A stretch of DNA of 63,788 bases, filler included, from Myxococcota bacterium (GTDB taxonomy: Bacteria; Myxococcota; Myxococcia; Myxococcales; Myxococcaceae), in the NCBI GenBank assembly GCA_049322255.1. It is 3 parts of 3 records of this genome, joined end to end, with 100 filler letters (N's around TTAATTAATTAA, not from the genome) between each part and the next. Parts side by side here need not be neighbours in the genome. Positions count along the whole stretch, not along the records: positions 1 to 23,354 come from JBMORE010000063.1; 2 more parts are not named here. One strand, given 5' to 3'. Shown here piece after piece: positions 11,850-22,520 of this stretch. The notes beneath the pieces are model-generated. The model ran no database searches, was not told the DNA's origin, and saw only the letters and a list, made by a program, of their open reading frames with translations. The translations under genes were made by a program, and so were the position numbers. How positions within the stretch are numbered: the first letter of the stretch is position 1; each line of letters starts with the position of its first letter.

Positions 11850-12212
11850 TCAGGGCTTGCTCGTCCCCGCGCGCCCGTAGGCGTCTTCCAGCCGCACCAC
11901 GTCGTCCAGCTCGGGGGTGCTGACCTCGAGAATGTCGCAGTCGGTCAAGGCGACCATGCGGTGCTGGGTGAACGGCTTGATGTGGTAGCTCTCCCCTGCG
12001 GCCAGCTCGCGCTCCGTCAGCCCGCCACCCTCGTCGACCACGAAGAGCAACCGCCCCGACTGGACATGAATCGTCTCGTCCTTTCGCTGGTGGTACTGGA
12101 GCGACAGCTTGTGGCCCTGCTTGATGTGGAGCAACTTGCCCACGTAGCGCTCGGTGTGGGCCCAGATGAGCTCATGCCCCCACGGCTTTTCCACTCTACG
12201 TACGGTCGTCAT
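11850..12212 (-). CDS. Cupin domain protein (mannose-6-phosphate isomerase C-terminal-like)
   Basis: VEKPWG, LSLQYHQRKDE, ILEVST, DVVRLEDAYGR. Confidence 0.88.
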   Translation of the reverse strand: MTTVRRVEKPWGHELIWAHTERYVGKLLHIKQGHKLSLQYHQRKDETIHVQSGRLLFVVDEGGGLTERELAAGESYHIKPFTQHRMVALTDCDILEVSTPELDDVVRLEDAYGRAGTSKP

Positions 12213-12223
12213 GAGGCCCTTTT

Positions 12224-12904
12224 TTAGTTGCTGGCCACGAACGCGTCGAGGTTCGTCTCGCGCCGGAAGTCCTGCAAGTAGCGGGTGGCGGCCTCTTTGG
12301 TACCGAAGGAGCCCATGCGCACCCGGTACCAGGTGCCCCGTCCGGGGACTTCGGCCTGCACGATGAACGGCGCGTAGCCTCGATCGCGAAGCTTGGCCAC
12401 GAAGCGCTCAGCCTCGGCCCGGTCCTGGCTCGCCGACAGCTGCAGGGTGAAAGCGCCGTCGGGCACCGTCTCGGTCGGACGCGACGCCCGCGCCAGGGCT
12501 TCTTTGAGTCCTCCGTCCTTGGTGCGGGTGGGCACCACCGCGTCGGGTTTGGGCGCGGCAACTTCTACGGGCTCTGCGGGCTCAGGCTCCTTGGGCGCCG
12601 GCTCGGGCAGCGCAAGGGGCGAGGCCACCGCCGCAGCGATCGGCTCGCTGGTGGCCGCGTCGGGCGTCTTCTTGGTCAGCTCCTCCTGAAAGGTGAGCGG
12701 CGTGGAGGCAGCCTTGGCGTCGAGCGCACTGAGCAGGTCAGGGGCCGCGGAGGCCCCCTGGTCGACCGCGAGCTTCTTGCCCACCACCACCCCCAGCACG
12801 AACACCGCGCCCAGCACCACCAAGCCAGCGATCGCCAAGCTGACGATCTGCCGGTTGTCGAGCGACAAATCGAATTTTTCCTTGAGGCGATGCGCGTCCC
12901 GCAT
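12224..12904 (-). CDS. SPOR domain cell division protein (FtsN/DedD-like)
   Basis: N-terminal TM helix, Pro/Ala linker, FTLQLSA...WYRVRMGSF. Confidence 0.88.
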   Translation of the reverse strand: MRDAHRLKEKFDLSLDNRQIVSLAIAGLVVLGAVFVLGVVVGKKLAVDQGASAAPDLLSALDAKAASTPLTFQEELTKKTPDAATSEPIAAAVASPLALPEPAPKEPEPAEPVEVAAPKPDAVVPTRTKDGGLKEALARASRPTETVPDGAFTLQLSASQDRAEAERFVAKLRDRGYAPFIVQAEVPGRGTWYRVRMGSFGTKEAATRYLQDFRRETNLDAFVASN

Positions 12905-13006
12905 GGGTTGTCGGCTCCACCCGCATCAGGCTGTATCGGCCTGTCGCGGAAGTGTGGACGGTAAAGCTGGGGAGATGGGCGGTCAAATTCGCGACTTCGT
13001 TGCGCC

Positions 13007-14149
13007 TTACGCAGACCGCTGGCGGCGAACGCTGCCCCACGTTTCGCAGGAGGGACAGCGGAAAAGATGCTCCGGCAGGCTCTGGCGGCAACCGACGCAG
13101 GCAAAGCCCAACGGAGGCTGGCCCAAGGTGCCCAAGATTTCACGGTAGTCCGCGCGAAGCTCCTCGGAGCGATCTTGCGCGAGCAGCAAGGCGCCCAGCT
13201 GCTTGCGCGCCTCCCACAGCCGCGGGTGGCGTTCCACCAGAGAGCGGAGCCGATCCACGGCGCGATCCGCCCTGCCCTGCGCCTCGTCGTGCAGGGCCAA
13301 GGCCAGCTCGAAGGGCGCCCCCTCGTCGTCGCGTGCCTTCACCTGATCCTGAAGAAACTGCTCCACCTGTGCGGCGTCGCCGAGCGCCGCGGCCAGCGAA
13401 GGCACGTAGCGCGGAGCCAGCTCCGGCTCGAGGGCGAGGGCGCGGCGAAGAGGGCCAGCGGCGTCGGCAGGCCGGCCTTGGGCCAACCGGCACTCGGCGA
13501 GCGAAAGCTGCGCGTCGGCGCTGTCGTGCCAAACTGCGACCGCCCGTTCAGCGAGCTTTGCGGCCTCCACGGGAGAGCTCGCCAGGTGGGAGCGGGCGGC
13601 GGCGGCGAGCAGGTGGGCGAGCACCTCGTCGCCTTTGCCATCGAGCTTGCACAGCCGCGCTTGAAGCTTCATCGCCTCGGCCCACTCGCCCGCGGTCTCG
13701 TTCAACCGGCGCAAGTGCAAGAGCGCATCTTTGTGCGATGGGTCTTCGGAAAGCAGCTTGTGAAACGTCTGCGCCGCGAGATCCTGAAGGCCACTCTTCT
13801 TGTAGTCGAGCGCCAGCTCCAGCTGCGCCTTGCGCCGGACCTCGGCCGACAGCCCCGGGCGCAAGAGCATGTTTCGGTGCAACCGAATGGCCCGCTCCAG
13901 CTCTCCGTTGCGCCGAAAGAGCGCCCCCAAGGCAAAGTACGTCTCGAGGGTCTGCCGGTTGAGCTGCGCTGCCCTCGACAGCTCGGCGATCGCCGCGTCG
14001 GGGTCGTCGGAAAGCACATAGGTGAAGCCGGCGAGGTAGGCGCGCGCCTCGTCCTCGCTGCGGCCCTTGCGCGACAGGACCATCACCAGCGCGAAGAGAG
14101 CGGCGAGCGCGGTGCTGCCGAACAGCACCACCAGGGTGGAGGGCTCCAT
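13007..14149 (-). CDS. lapB: LapB/YciM-like TPR protein
   Basis: N-terminal TM, ALGALFRRNGELERAIRLH, LALDY, C-terminal CxxC...CPSCETW rubredoxin motif. Confidence 0.82.
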   Translation of the reverse strand: MEPSTLVVLFGSTALAALFALVMVLSRKGRSEDEARAYLAGFTYVLSDDPDAAIAELSRAAQLNRQTLETYFALGALFRRNGELERAIRLHRNMLLRPGLSAEVRRKAQLELALDYKKSGLQDLAAQTFHKLLSEDPSHKDALLHLRRLNETAGEWAEAMKLQARLCKLDGKGDEVLAHLLAAAARSHLASSPVEAAKLAERAVAVWHDSADAQLSLAECRLAQGRPADAAGPLRRALALEPELAPRYVPSLAAALGDAAQVEQFLQDQVKARDDEGAPFELALALHDEAQGRADRAVDRLRSLVERHPRLWEARKQLGALLLAQDRSEELRADYREILGTLGQPPLGFACVGCRQSLPEHLFRCPSCETWGSVRRQRSA

Positions 14150-14151
14150 CG

Positions 14152-14649
14152 CTACGCCAACGCGCGGTCGAACTTCGGCCGAAGCTTGTCGTAAGTGGCC
14201 GCCAAGTGCTCGATGACCACCTTGGTGTCGGTGAGCACCGGCATGAAGTTGGTGTCACCGCTCCAGCGGGGCACGACGTGGTAGTGCAAGTGATCGGTGA
14301 TGCCGGCACCGGCAGCGCGCCCCAGATTCATGCCGATGTTCATCCCGTCGGGGTGAAACTCTTCTTCGAGAATCCGCACCGCTTGCTGGAGCAAGCCGTG
14401 CAGATCTTTCGACTCCTCGACCGAGAGCTCGGCGAAGGCGGCGGTATGTCGGCGCGGCACCACCATCAGGTGGCCGTTGCTGTAGGGGTACTTGTTGAAG
14501 ATGACGAAGGACGAGAGGGAGCGGCCGAGCACGAGGTTCTTCTTGTCCGCCGCCGGCCCGGTCTGGGCGGGAAACTCGCAGAAGATACAGCCGGCGGGCT
14601 TCTCGCTCTCGATGAGCTCCATCCGCCATGGCGCCCACAGTACGTTCAT
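14152..14649 (-). CDS. HIT family hydrolase
   Basis: LWAPWR, CIFC, NKYPY, HLHYHVVPRWSGD. Confidence 0.93.
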   Translation of the reverse strand: MNVLWAPWRMELIESEKPAGCIFCEFPAQTGPAADKKNLVLGRSLSSFVIFNKYPYSNGHLMVVPRRHTAAFAELSVEESKDLHGLLQQAVRILEEEFHPDGMNIGMNLGRAAGAGITDHLHYHVVPRWSGDTNFMPVLTDTKVVIEHLAATYDKLRPKFDRALA

Positions 14650-14661
14650 CGCGTGGGCTGT

Positions 14662-15057
14662 CTACCCCATCGTGTAACGGTCGCCCGCGGGGGCGGCCGC
14701 CATCGGCGCCTGCGCTTCGTTTCCACCCGCATACCCAGTGGCCGGCGGTGCAGAGGGCGCGCGCGCAGGCTGGGTCTCGGAGCGGTTGAGCCGGTCGCGC
14801 AGCTCCTTGCCCACGGTGAAGTAGGCGGAGCGGCGGTCGGGCACCTCGACCTTCTGCCCGGTCTTGGGGTTGCGGCCCAACCGCGCGCGGCGGACCTTCA
14901 CCGCGAAGCTGCCGAACCCCCGAATCTCGATGCGCTGGCCACGGTGGAGCGCGTCGCTCATCGAGTCGAAAACGCTGTTGACGATGACCTCGATTTGCCG
15001 GCGGGGCACGTGCGGCGCCTTCTTGGCGATGCGGTCGATGAGCTGGCTCTTCGTCAT
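14662..15057 (-). CDS. ihfB: Integration host factor beta subunit
   Basis: MTKSQLI, RIEIRGFGSF, GRNPKTG, FTVGKELRDRLN. Confidence 0.9.
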   Translation of the reverse strand: MTKSQLIDRIAKKAPHVPRRQIEVIVNSVFDSMSDALHRGQRIEIRGFGSFAVKVRRARLGRNPKTGQKVEVPDRRSAYFTVGKELRDRLNRSETQPARAPSAPPATGYAGGNEAQAPMAAAPAGDRYTMG

Positions 15058-15102
15058 GACAAACCCCCTCCCCTTTGCACGACCCTTTCTACACCCGGGA
15101 GC

Positions 15103-16020
15103 TCAGTGCGCGTCAACGAGAGGAAGACGGAATTGCAGGCCCACCCCCAGCTGCGACAGCGCGGTGCGGGTCGCCCCCTTGACCATTCCGTCGAGGTCCT
15201 CACCGGAGAGAAGCTCGCGGAAAAACCCTCGCTCCTCCTTGGGGTACTGCACCTTCGGCTCGCCCTCGATGCCGGCGAGCTTTCCCGCCTCGGCCACCGC
15301 GGCCGAAAGCCCGCCCAGCTCGTCGACCAGCTTCCACTCCTTGGCTTGCCTGCCCGAGAAGACGCGACCGTCGGCGTAAGGGCGAACCTCCTCCACCGGC
15401 AGCTTGCGTCCGTCGGCCACCGCCGAGATGAACTGCTGATGCACGTCATCCAGGAGCGCCTTGAAGTAGGCCCGCTCCTCCTCGGTCATGTCGCGAAAGG
15501 GGCTGCCCGAGTCCTTGAGCTTGCCCGAGGTGATGGTGTTCATCTCCACGTTCGCCCAGGCGAGCAAGCCAGAGACGTCGGGCACCTGCATGACGACCCC
15601 GATGGAGCCGGTGAGGGTGCCGGGGTTGGCGTAGACCTTCTCTCCCGCGCAGGCAATGTAGTAGCCGCCGGAGGCCGCCATGGAGCCCATGGAGACGAGC
15701 ACGTGCTTCTTTTCCCGCACGCGCTTGATCGCGTCGTAGATCTCCTGTGAGGGCCCCACCGAGCCGCCGGGAGAGTCGATGCGCACCACGATCGCCTTGA
15801 CGCCCTCGTCGTCCTTCAGCTCGTCGAGCGCCTCGACGGTCTTCTTGGAGTCGGCGATGGGACCGAGCACCTCCACCACGCCCACGCGATCGCCAGCGGC
15901 GGCGAAACCACCTCGCTCGTCGCTCTTCACCGCGATGTAGAGGATGAAAAGAAAGCCGAAGAGGGTGAGGAACAAGCCGCCGAAGACGATTCCGAGCACC
16001 CAGGCTGCACGCCGATCCAT
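15103..16020 (-). CDS. sppA: Signal peptide peptidase SppA (short form)
   Basis: RIDSPGG, AASGGYYIA, TGSIGV, DGRVFSG. Confidence 0.94.
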   Translation of the reverse strand: MDRRAAWVLGIVFGGLFLTLFGFLFILYIAVKSDERGGFAAAGDRVGVVEVLGPIADSKKTVEALDELKDDEGVKAIVVRIDSPGGSVGPSQEIYDAIKRVREKKHVLVSMGSMAASGGYYIACAGEKVYANPGTLTGSIGVVMQVPDVSGLLAWANVEMNTITSGKLKDSGSPFRDMTEEERAYFKALLDDVHQQFISAVADGRKLPVEEVRPYADGRVFSGRQAKEWKLVDELGGLSAAVAEAGKLAGIEGEPKVQYPKEERGFFRELLSGEDLDGMVKGATRTALSQLGVGLQFRLPLVDAH

Positions 16021-16062
16021 ACGTTTCCTCGTCGAAGTCAGTTGAGCTTTGGGGCGAGGTGT

Positions 16063-17106
16063 CTAGCAGATCCAGCCGCCGCCCAACACCTGCGCGCCGT
16101 CATAGAAGACCGCTGCCTGACCTGGCGTCACCGCGCGCGCCGGCGCATCGAGCACCACGGCCACTTCTCCCGAGTCGGAGAGCTCGAGGCGGCCTGGCGC
16201 CCCACCATGCCGGTGACGAATGCGCACTTCCACCGGGCCGGAAGGAGGCTCGCCCGACACCCAATGCGGGTTTCGCAAGCCAAAGCGCGTGCGCTCTCCT
16301 TGCGCGGCCGGCCCTACCACCACCCGCCCCGTCGGAGCATCGATGCGCTGCACGTAGAGCGGCTCGGGGCCACCCACGCCCAGCCCGCGCCGCTGACCTA
16401 CGGTGAAGCGATGCACCCCCTCGTGCGAGCCCAACACCTTCCCCGCGCGATCGACGATTTCTCCCTTCGGCTGTGGGCCGGCGACCTTCTCCACGAAGCG
16501 CGCGTAGTCGCCGTCGGGGACGAAGCAGATCTCCATGCTCTCCGGCTTGTGGCTGGTGGTAAGCCCGTGCCGCTGTGCCACCGCGCGGACCTGCGCCTTG
16601 CTCATCGCGCCGACAGGGAAGACCAAGTCGGCCAGCTCGGCCTGGCCCAAGGTGAAAAGAAAGTAGCTCTGGTCCTTCGAGGGATCGGCGCCGCGCAAGA
16701 GCCGCAGCCGCTCGCCCTTCCGCTCGATGCGCGCATAGTGACCGGTGGCCAGCTTGCCGCCCAGGGCGCGCGCGCGCCGCAAGAGGAACCCGAACTTCAC
16801 GTCTTGGTTGCAGGCCACGCACGGAATCGGGGTGCGCCCCTGGAGATAGTCCTGCACGAAGGGTTGCACCACCCGGTCCTTGAACAGCTCCTCGACGTTG
16901 GCCACGTAGAAAGGAATGCCCAGCTTTTCGGCCACCGCGCGCGCATCATCGACGTCGTCGGGGCTGCAGCAGCTGCCGCACTGGCCAAAGCTCTCGTACG
17001 CCCACACCCGCAAGGTGATGCCCAGGACCTCGTGGCCCTGCTCCTTGAGCAACGCTGCCGCGGCCGAGGAGTCCACCCCGCCGCTCATCGCGACCACCAC
17101 ACGCAT
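16063..17106 (-). CDS. mnmA: tRNA 2-thiouridine synthase
   Basis: [51 protein letters not shown]. Confidence 0.97.
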   Translation of the reverse strand: MRVVVAMSGGVDSSAAAALLKEQGHEVLGITLRVWAYESFGQCGSCCSPDDVDDARAVAEKLGIPFYVANVEELFKDRVVQPFVQDYLQGRTPIPCVACNQDVKFGFLLRRARALGGKLATGHYARIERKGERLRLLRGADPSKDQSYFLFTLGQAELADLVFPVGAMSKAQVRAVAQRHGLTTSHKPESMEICFVPDGDYARFVEKVAGPQPKGEIVDRAGKVLGSHEGVHRFTVGQRRGLGVGGPEPLYVQRIDAPTGRVVVGPAAQGERTRFGLRNPHWVSGEPPSGPVEVRIRHRHGGAPGRLELSDSGEVAVVLDAPARAVTPGQAAVFYDGAQVLGGGWIC

Positions 17107-17141
17107 CGGCCCGTTCAGTGCCATTGAACGCGCGCGCGCGC

Positions 17142-17353
17142 AACTGCACAGCTTGTCCACACCCCCCATCGCACCTTTTGGATGCTTTGTGTCGAACGGC
17201 AAACGTCGTCCGGCACCTGACAGCCATCTATCCAAGCGCCTGTATTCACATGAGAAACGCCCCTGATCGGCGCTTGCTCCAGAGGGGAATCGCTCCCCGA
17301 GGGAAAACCCATTGGCCCTGGCGCCGGGGCCCTGTGGGGAACTTTGTGGACAA
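17142..17353. promoter_or_regulatory. Cluster of DnaA-box-like 9-mers
   Basis: TTGTCCACA 17153-17161; GTATTCACA 17242-17250; TGTGGGGAA 17333-17341; TGTGGACAA 17345-17353. Confidence 0.5.
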
Positions 17354-17355
17354 CT

Positions 17356-18701
17356 TCAGCCCCCCCGAGAGGCCGCCCATTTCTGCAACACCTGGGTGAG
17401 TTGGGCGACCGTATTGAGGTCAGGGTTCTCGAGCACCTGATCGAGGAGAAAGCGGGTGGCTTCTCCCACCAGGGCACCAGGGCCGACGCCCAAGACGCGC
17501 ATGATGTCTTTGCCGTCGAGTGCCAGCTCCTGGGTGGAAAGCGCGGGGCGGGCCTTCAGCAACCGCTGGGAGCGTTCTTGCAAGGCTAGGGTTTCGCCGA
17601 CGTCGGCGTGGGGGGCGTACGCTTGGCGATTGGCGAGGGTGAGCTCGAAGAGAGCGCCGAAATTTTGTGGGCCCACGCGCGCGGCGAGCCGGCGGAGCTG
17701 GGCGTCGCTCATCGGACCTTCGAGGCAGTGATGACGTACCAGCGTGCTGACGGCTTGCACCACCCGCGAGGGCAACTTCAGCCGCGTCAGAATCGTCGTG
17801 GCCATCTCGGCGCCGAGGCGGTCGTGGCCGGGAAAGGTGTTGCCTCCGCCGGGGCGCGGGGTGGCGGTGCGCGGCTTGGCGATGTCGTGCAGGAGCGCCG
17901 AAAGACGCAGCTCGATCGAGGGCGGCGAGGCTTCGACGGCGGCGAGGCTGTGACCGAAGACGTCGGCCTCGTAGCGCTCGTCTTGCATCACCCCGTGGGT
18001 GGCGACCAGCTCGGGGAGGAAGACCGCGAGCAGGCCGCTGCGATCGAGCAGCGAAAGCCCCCCGCGCGCCCGTTCGCAGGTGAGGAGCTTCAAGAATTCC
18101 TCTCGCACCCGCTCCATCGCCACCTTGCGGAAGACCGGCACCGTGGCAGGAATGGCAGCCTCGGTGGGGGGATCGAGCGAAAAGCCCAAGACAGCGGAGA
18201 AGCGCACCGCCCGCAAGGGGCGCAGGCCGTCTTCGGAGAAGCGGGCCACAGGGTCGCCCACGCAGCGCACCAGCTTCTTTTCCAGATCCGCTTGGCCGCC
18301 GAAGGGGTCGACCAGTGTGCCGCTGGCAGGGTCGTAGGCGATGGCGTTGATGGTGAAGTCGCGCCGGGAGAGGTCGGCTTCGACGTCGGAGTGGAACTCC
18401 ACCGCCGAGGGCCTTCGCCCGTCGGCGTATTCGGCCTCGGAGCGAAAAGTCGTCACCTCCACGTGGTGGCTACTCTCCAGCACCGTCACCGTGCCGTGTT
18501 GGATGCCGGTGGGGATGACTTTCTTGAAGGAGGCCACCACCTGCTCGGGGCGCGCGCTGGTGGCGACGTCGTAGTCCTTGGGTGTCACCCCCCGGAGGAG
18601 GTCTCTCACCCCCCCGCCGACCAGGTACGCCTCGAACCCCCGCTCCCGCAGCCTTCGAACGACTTTGAGCACCGGCTCGGGAATGGGGGCGTTCTTCAAC
18701 A

Positions 18702-18702
<1 letters not shown>
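17356..18702 (-). CDS. cca: CCA tRNA nucleotidyltransferase (class II) with HD domain
   Basis: YLVGGGVRD...DYDVAT, EVTTFR + flexible loop YADGRRP, RRDFTINA, EDGLRPLRAVRF, LLHDIAKP. Confidence 0.9.
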
Positions 18703-18775
<73 letters not shown>

Positions 18776-18821
18776 GCTCGCACCGGCACGACGAATATGC
18801 GAACTGATGCCGGGGCGCAAA

Positions 18822-19766
18822 TCAGCCGTCCCGGCCAGGCGCGGTCAGCTCGTCGACCAGCGGGGTGGTGACGTAGCGTTCGCCGCCGTCAGGGAGCATC
18901 ACCACCACCAGCTTGCCCGCAAGCTCGGGGCGGCTGGCGACTTCCCACGCCGCGCACAGCGCTGCGCCCGAGGAGATGCCGGCGCAGATGCCCTCCTCGC
19001 GCGCGAGCCGACGGGCGAAAACGAAGGCGTCGTCCTCGCTCACCGGCAGCACCTCATCGATGACGCTACGGTCGAGCAGCGGCGGCACGAACCCCGCCCC
19101 GATTCCCTGAATGAGGTGATGCGCGGGCTTTCCTCCCGACAACACCGCGCACCGCGCCGGCTCCACCGCCACCACCCGCACTTCGGGCTTATGCTCCTTG
19201 AGGAAGCGGCCCACCCCGGTGAGGGTGCCCCCGGTGCCCACCCCGGCGACGAAGGCGGCGATCTCTCCTCGGGTGTCTTTCCAGATCTCTTCGGCGGTGG
19301 TGCGCCGGTGAGCCTCGGGGTTGGCGGGGTTGTTGAACTGATCGAGGTGCACCGCTCCGGGGATCTCCTCCACCAGCGCCCGCGCCCGCTCGACGGCGCC
19401 CCGCATCAGAGAAGCGCCGGGGGTCAGCTCCACCTGGGCCCCCAGGTAGCGCAAAAGAGCGATGCGCTCGCGGGACATGGTGTCGGGCATGGTCACCACC
19501 AGCCGGTAGCCCCGCGCGGCGGCGATGAAGGCCAGCGCGATGCCGGTGTTGCCGCTGGTCGGCTCCACCAACGTTCCTCCGGGGACGAGCACGCCTCGCC
19601 GCTCGGCGTCCTCCACCATCGCCAGCCCGATGCGGTCTTTCACACTGCCGCCGGGGTTCTTCCCCTCCAGCTTGACCACCACCCGTGCGGGCAGCCCGAC
19701 GGTCACGCGCAAAAGCGCAACCAACGGGGTACCGCCCACGGCCTCGGACACGGAGCGCAAAATCAT
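18822..19766 (-). CDS. cysK: Cysteine synthase A
   Basis: KLEGKNPGGSVKDRI, EPTSGNTG, GVGTGGT, IQGIGAGF, GISSGA. Confidence 0.95.
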   Translation of the reverse strand: MILRSVSEAVGGTPLVALLRVTVGLPARVVVKLEGKNPGGSVKDRIGLAMVEDAERRGVLVPGGTLVEPTSGNTGIALAFIAAARGYRLVVTMPDTMSRERIALLRYLGAQVELTPGASLMRGAVERARALVEEIPGAVHLDQFNNPANPEAHRRTTAEEIWKDTRGEIAAFVAGVGTGGTLTGVGRFLKEHKPEVRVVAVEPARCAVLSGGKPAHHLIQGIGAGFVPPLLDRSVIDEVLPVSEDDAFVFARRLAREEGICAGISSGAALCAAWEVASRPELAGKLVVVMLPDGGERYVTTPLVDELTAPGRDG

Positions 19767-20824
19767 ATGGCGTAATCTCCCACCAGCACCTTCGCCTGCC
19801 CGACATCGACCATCACCCGATCTCCTTGCACCACCCCGAGGGCATCGAGCTCGCTCTTGAGCATCTGCACGGTGAGCGACTCGTTCGTGGCCAGGCGCAG
19901 GCTCACCCGGACATACCCCCCGATGCGCACCAGCTCGGTCACCGTGGCCAGCGACACCGGCCCCGCATGATCCGTGGGGCGAAGGATGCGCACCTGGTGG
20001 GGGCGGACGAATGCGCTCACCTTCTCTCCCTCGCGCGCCCCGGCGGGAGCCTCCAGCAAGAGCGGGCCTGCCGCCGCACGGCCGTTCACCACCCGCCCCC
20101 GCAGCACGTTGGTGCCGCCGATGAAGGAGGCGATGAACTCGGAGTTGGGATGATCGTACACCTCGTGCGGCGGCCCCACCTGCCGCACCCTCCCCTCATG
20201 CATCACCACCAGCTGCTGCGACACCTCCAGCGCTTCCTCCTGGTCGTGGGTGACCAGCAAGGTGGTGATGTGGGTACGCTCGTTGAGCGCCACCAGCCAC
20301 TCGCGCAGCTCCACCCGCACCCGGGCGTCGAGCGCCCCGAACGGCTCGTCGAGGAGCAGCACCTTGGGTTGGGTCGCCAGCGCACGGGCGAACGCCACCC
20401 TCTGCTTTTGCCCGCCCGAGAGCTGCGAGGGGAACCGACCCCCCAGCCCTTCCAGCTGCACCAACGCGAGCAGCTCGTTCACCCTTTGGTCAATCTGGGC
20501 GCGTGGCAGCTTCTTGAGCGACAGGCCGAAGGCGATGTTCCCCCGCACCGAGAGATGCTCGAACAGCGCGTAGCCCTGAAACACGAAGCCCACGCCGCGG
20601 CGACGCACCGGGGTACGGGTGACGTCCGTCTCATCCAGCCAAACACGGCCTCCGTCGGGCACCTCCAGACCGGCGATCAAGCGGAGCACGGTGGTCTTCC
20701 CCGAGCCCGACGGCCCCAAGAGGGTGGTGATCGCTCCCGCGGGAGCCGCGAAGCTCACCTCCTCGGCCGCCGGGGGGCCGCCTTGCGCGAACCGCTTGCT
20801 CAAGCAATCCACCCGCACGCTCAT
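19763..20824 (-). CDS. cysA: Sulfate/thiosulfate ABC transporter ATPase
   Basis: GPSGSGKT, LSGGQKQR, LLLDEPF, C-terminal TOBE-like domain; operon context. Confidence 0.93.
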   Translation of the reverse strand: MSVRVDCLSKRFAQGGPPAAEEVSFAAPAGAITTLLGPSGSGKTTVLRLIAGLEVPDGGRVWLDETDVTRTPVRRRGVGFVFQGYALFEHLSVRGNIAFGLSLKKLPRAQIDQRVNELLALVQLEGLGGRFPSQLSGGQKQRVAFARALATQPKVLLLDEPFGALDARVRVELREWLVALNERTHITTLLVTHDQEEALEVSQQLVVMHEGRVRQVGPPHEVYDHPNSEFIASFIGGTNVLRGRVVNGRAAAGPLLLEAPAGAREGEKVSAFVRPHQVRILRPTDHAGPVSLATVTELVRIGGYVRVSLRLATNESLTVQMLKSELDALGVVQGDRVMVDVGQAKVLVGDYAI

Positions 20825-21660
20825 GGCGACGCCCGCCCCTGCCGCGCTTCGACCACCCGCTTGACCACCAGCGTCACCAAGGCGAGGCAGGTGAGCAGCG
20901 AAGCCACGGCGAACGCGCCCACGAAGTCGTACTCGTTGTAGAGAATCTCGACGTGCAGCGGCATGGTGTTGGTCTGCCCTCGAATGTGGCCGGAGACCAC
21001 CGACACGGCGCCGAACTCTCCCAGGGCGCGGGCGTTGCACAAGATGACGCCGTAGAGCAACCCCCACTTGATCTTGTGCAGGGTGACCCGAAAGAAGAGC
21101 TGCCAGCCGGAGGCACCCAGGGTCATCGCCGCCTCCTCCTCGGCGTTGCCCTGCGCCTGCATCACCGGGAGCACCTCCTTGGCCACGAACGGGAAGGTCA
21201 CGAACATGGTGACGACGACGATGCCCGGCACCGCGAAGATGATGGGGACGCCCCGCGCGATGAAGAACGGCCCGAAGAACCCCTGGGCGCCAAAGAGCAC
21301 CACGAACAACAGGCCGGCGATCACCGGGGACACGCTGAACGGCAAGTCGATGAGCGCAGTGAGCACGCTCTTCCCGGGAAAGTCGTACTTGGCGATGAGC
21401 CACGACGCCGCCACCCCGAAGACCAGGTTGGCCGCGACCGAGACGAGCGCGGTCAAAAGCGACAACCGGATGGCGGAGAGAGTCTCGGGGTGAGCAATGG
21501 CCGAAAGATAAGGGCCCAGGCCCTTCTCGAAGGCGTGGCTGAACACCGCCGCCAAGGGAACGGCGACGAACAGACCGAGGAAGAGCACCGCGACCAAGGA
21601 CAAGAGCACGCGAACCGCGAGCGGCTCACGCAGGGAGGGCGAGCGGCGGGGCGGTCTCAT
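20821..21660 (-). CDS. cysW: Sulfate ABC transporter permease
   Basis: DLPFSVSPVIAG, ARALGEFGAVSVVSGHIRG, TMPLHVEILYNEY. Confidence 0.94.
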   Translation of the reverse strand: MRPPRRSPSLREPLAVRVLLSLVAVLFLGLFVAVPLAAVFSHAFEKGLGPYLSAIAHPETLSAIRLSLLTALVSVAANLVFGVAASWLIAKYDFPGKSVLTALIDLPFSVSPVIAGLLFVVLFGAQGFFGPFFIARGVPIIFAVPGIVVVTMFVTFPFVAKEVLPVMQAQGNAEEEAAMTLGASGWQLFFRVTLHKIKWGLLYGVILCNARALGEFGAVSVVSGHIRGQTNTMPLHVEILYNEYDFVGAFAVASLLTCLALVTLVVKRVVEARQGRASP

Positions 21661-22520
21661 TTGCCCGTCCTTTTGCGCGACCAGGCCTGCAAGCCGTTGA
21701 GCGTGAGAAGGAACACGAACGAGGCAGCCAGCATGACGACGGCGAGCGCCGTGGCCCCCGCGTAGTCGTACTGCTCCAGTTTGATGACGATGAGGAGCGG
21801 AACAATCTCCGTCCGGAACGGAAGGTTTCCGGCGATGAAGATGACCGAGCCGTACTCGCCCACCGCCCGCGCAAAGGCGAGCGCGAAGCCGGTGAGCAAG
21901 GCAGGCAACAGGTTGGGGAAGACGACCGAGACGAAGGTTCGCAGGCGCGAGGCCCCCAACACCGCCGCCGCCTCTTCCACTTGCGGGTCGAGCCCCAGAA
22001 TGACCGGCTGTACCGTGCGTACCACGAAGGGAAGCCCGACGAAGGTCAAGGCGACGATCACCCCCACGGGAGTGTAGACCACCCGCACCCCGTAGGTGGC
22101 CAACAGGCTCCCCAGCCACCCATGGGCCGAGAAGACCGCGGTGAGCGCGATGCCGGCGACCGCGGTGGGCAAGGCGAAGGGCAAATCGACCATCGCGTCC
22201 AGCACGCCCTTGCCGGGGAAGGAGTAGCGGACGAGGACCCAGGCGACGATGGGTCCGAAGAGCAGGTTCAGCACCGCCGCGATGAACGAGGCGCCGAAGG
22301 AGAGCTTGTACGCGGCCAGAGCCCGCGGCCCAGTCACTGCGGCAAAGAACTCCGCCCAGGACATCTCGGCGGCGCGCAAGAGGAGCGCCCCCAAAGGCAC
22401 GAGGACGATCAAGCCCAAGTAGGCGATGGCGAACCCCGCCGAGAGAGAAAAACCAGGCAGCACCCCGCCCCCGCGCCGCACCTGCACCCGGAAGAATCTG
22501 CTGGAGGGCCTTTGGGCCAT
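21657..22520 (-). CDS. cysT: Sulfate ABC transporter permease
   Basis: DLPFALPTAVAG, LPFVVRTVQP, GEYGSVIFIAGN, KLEQYDY. Confidence 0.94.
   Translation of the reverse strand: MAQRPSSRFFRVQVRRGGGVLPGFSLSAGFAIAYLGLIVLVPLGALLLRAAEMSWAEFFAAVTGPRALAAYKLSFGASFIAAVLNLLFGPIVAWVLVRYSFPGKGVLDAMVDLPFALPTAVAGIALTAVFSAHGWLGSLLATYGVRVVYTPVGVIVALTFVGLPFVVRTVQPVILGLDPQVEEAAAVLGASRLRTFVSVVFPNLLPALLTGFALAFARAVGEYGSVIFIAGNLPFRTEIVPLLIVIKLEQYDYAGATALAVVMLAASFVFLLTLNGLQAWSRKRTGK

Noticed and set aside
16063..17235. Extended 390-aa mnmA N-terminus
   Set aside because: The family starts at [10 protein letters not shown] (17106); the extension runs over the intergenic boxes.
17107..17355. oriC
   Set aside because: No dnaA/dnaN/gidA context and no AT-rich unwinding element; kept only as a box cluster.
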